In this document: in pieces, positions 62,771-64,000 of the stretch
How positions within the stretch are numbered: position 1 is the first letter of the stretch
Layout of the letters: each line of letters begins with the position of its first letter
NCBI GenBank assembly: GCA_951406725.2
Contig: OX597822.1
Location: 23,994,001 to 24,058,000, forward strand
Length of the DNA: 64,000 nucleotides
Source of the DNA: Octopus vulgaris
Taxonomy: Eukaryota
Reading direction: 5' to 3'
Position numbers and translations under genes: made by a program
Notes under the pieces: model-generated
What the model saw: the letters and a program-made list of their open reading frames with translations, nothing else
The model's database searches: none
What the model was told of the DNA's origin: nothing

Positions 62771-63604
62771 CTTATGTGGGTGCACGTGTCATGCGTTTGC
62801 TTGTGCATGTCAGTGTGTGTGTGTGTGTGTGGGTTGTATGCATGATTATGCATGAGTGTATCTGTGGTATATAAGTGTGTGTGTGTGTGTGTATGTGTGT
62901 GTGTGTGTGTGTATGTGTGTGTGTGTGTGTGCATATATGGTTATGTCGGCACATGTGGGATATAAATGTACATGTATGCTTGTGTGAGTGTGTCTGGTTT
63001 ATAAGTGTGTGTATGTGCACACATATTTTATGTATGTGTTTGGATGCTTGTGTGTGTGTCTGTGTGTGTGTATAAATGCATGAATGGCCATGTGTGCACA
63101 TGTGGGTATAAATGCATGTATGGTTTAGTGAGTGGGAGGGTATATATGTGTATGTGTGTGTGTGGTTATGTGAGTGCATGTCTACATATATATGTGTGTG
63201 AGAAGGTATATGTATGTGGAGAGGTACGCGTGTATGTAAGCTTAAATACTTGTGTAGTTATGTGTGTATGTCTATATGTATGTGCATACACACACACACA
63301 CACACAAACAAACACCACACACGTAATGAGAATGTGTGTGTGTGTGTGGAGTGGGGGAGTATCTGTGACGATAACAAGCCGGGAAGTTTATTGATTAGGT
63401 TTTTTTTTTGCGTTTTTTTTTACTATTGTTTTTCTATTTGATTATTAATTTATTTTGCTTATTCTTTTTCTTCAACTTAACTCGATGCAAATAAATAAAT
63501 ATATACTGCGTCCACACACAAACGTACACATATATCTACACCCAAACACACACATATATCTATATCTATATATCTATATATGTATATACATGCATATATA
63601 TATA

Positions 63605-63673
<69 letters not shown>

Positions 63674-63937
63674 GCACACATATAAACATATATATATATA
63701 TACACACACATATATATATATATAAATATATATACACAAACATATAAACACACACACATATATATTTATATACATACAAACACACACACATACATACACA
63801 GAATATATGTATGTATATATACGTATATAGGAAGTACAGAAGTACTGACATAAATACATATATAAGTATATACATATATATTTACACACACACACATATA
63901 TCTCTATGCATAAATGTATATACTCACACACGCATAT

Positions 63938-63990
<53 letters not shown>

Positions 63991-64000
63991 AACACACATG

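Noticed and set aside
233-63997. Most ORFs in the track (poly-YI, CV, HT, poly-I/L/M/D/H/T)
   Set aside because: They are translations of (TA)n, (CA)n, (GA)n and trinucleotide microsatellites or of SINE sequence, with no domain content.

Overview
AT-rich, microsatellite-dense eukaryotic non-coding DNA (large intron or intergenic region). The repeat repertoire points to an octopus or related coleoid cephalopod; this is my pattern recognition, not a database result. I found no intact host gene, and nearly all ORFs in the track are translations of simple repeats. The real coding remnants are all transposon-derived: a full-length but dead Tc1/mariner (maT-like) element with TIRs (5342-6518); a 5'-truncated RTE LINE whose ORF carries a C4HC3 PHD finger just before the last RT motif (22296-23462); other RTE, CR1-like, R4/Dong and Tx1/L1-like 3' fragments. 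There are also four abundant tRNA-derived SINE families (called A-D here), hAT-, Tc1- and piggyBac-type MITEs, and several long hairpins. The most notable signal is RNA-level: at least eight type I hammerhead-ribozyme-like motifs from about five unrelated repeat families. Three of these are tandem ~350-bp units with one hammerhead each (1730-2985), an architecture matching non-LTR retrozymes. Other points of interest are a copy-number-variable structured module in the RTE 3' UTR, a Tx1-like LINE tail shared with SINE B, and templated capture of local sequence at (TA)n-anchored elements.
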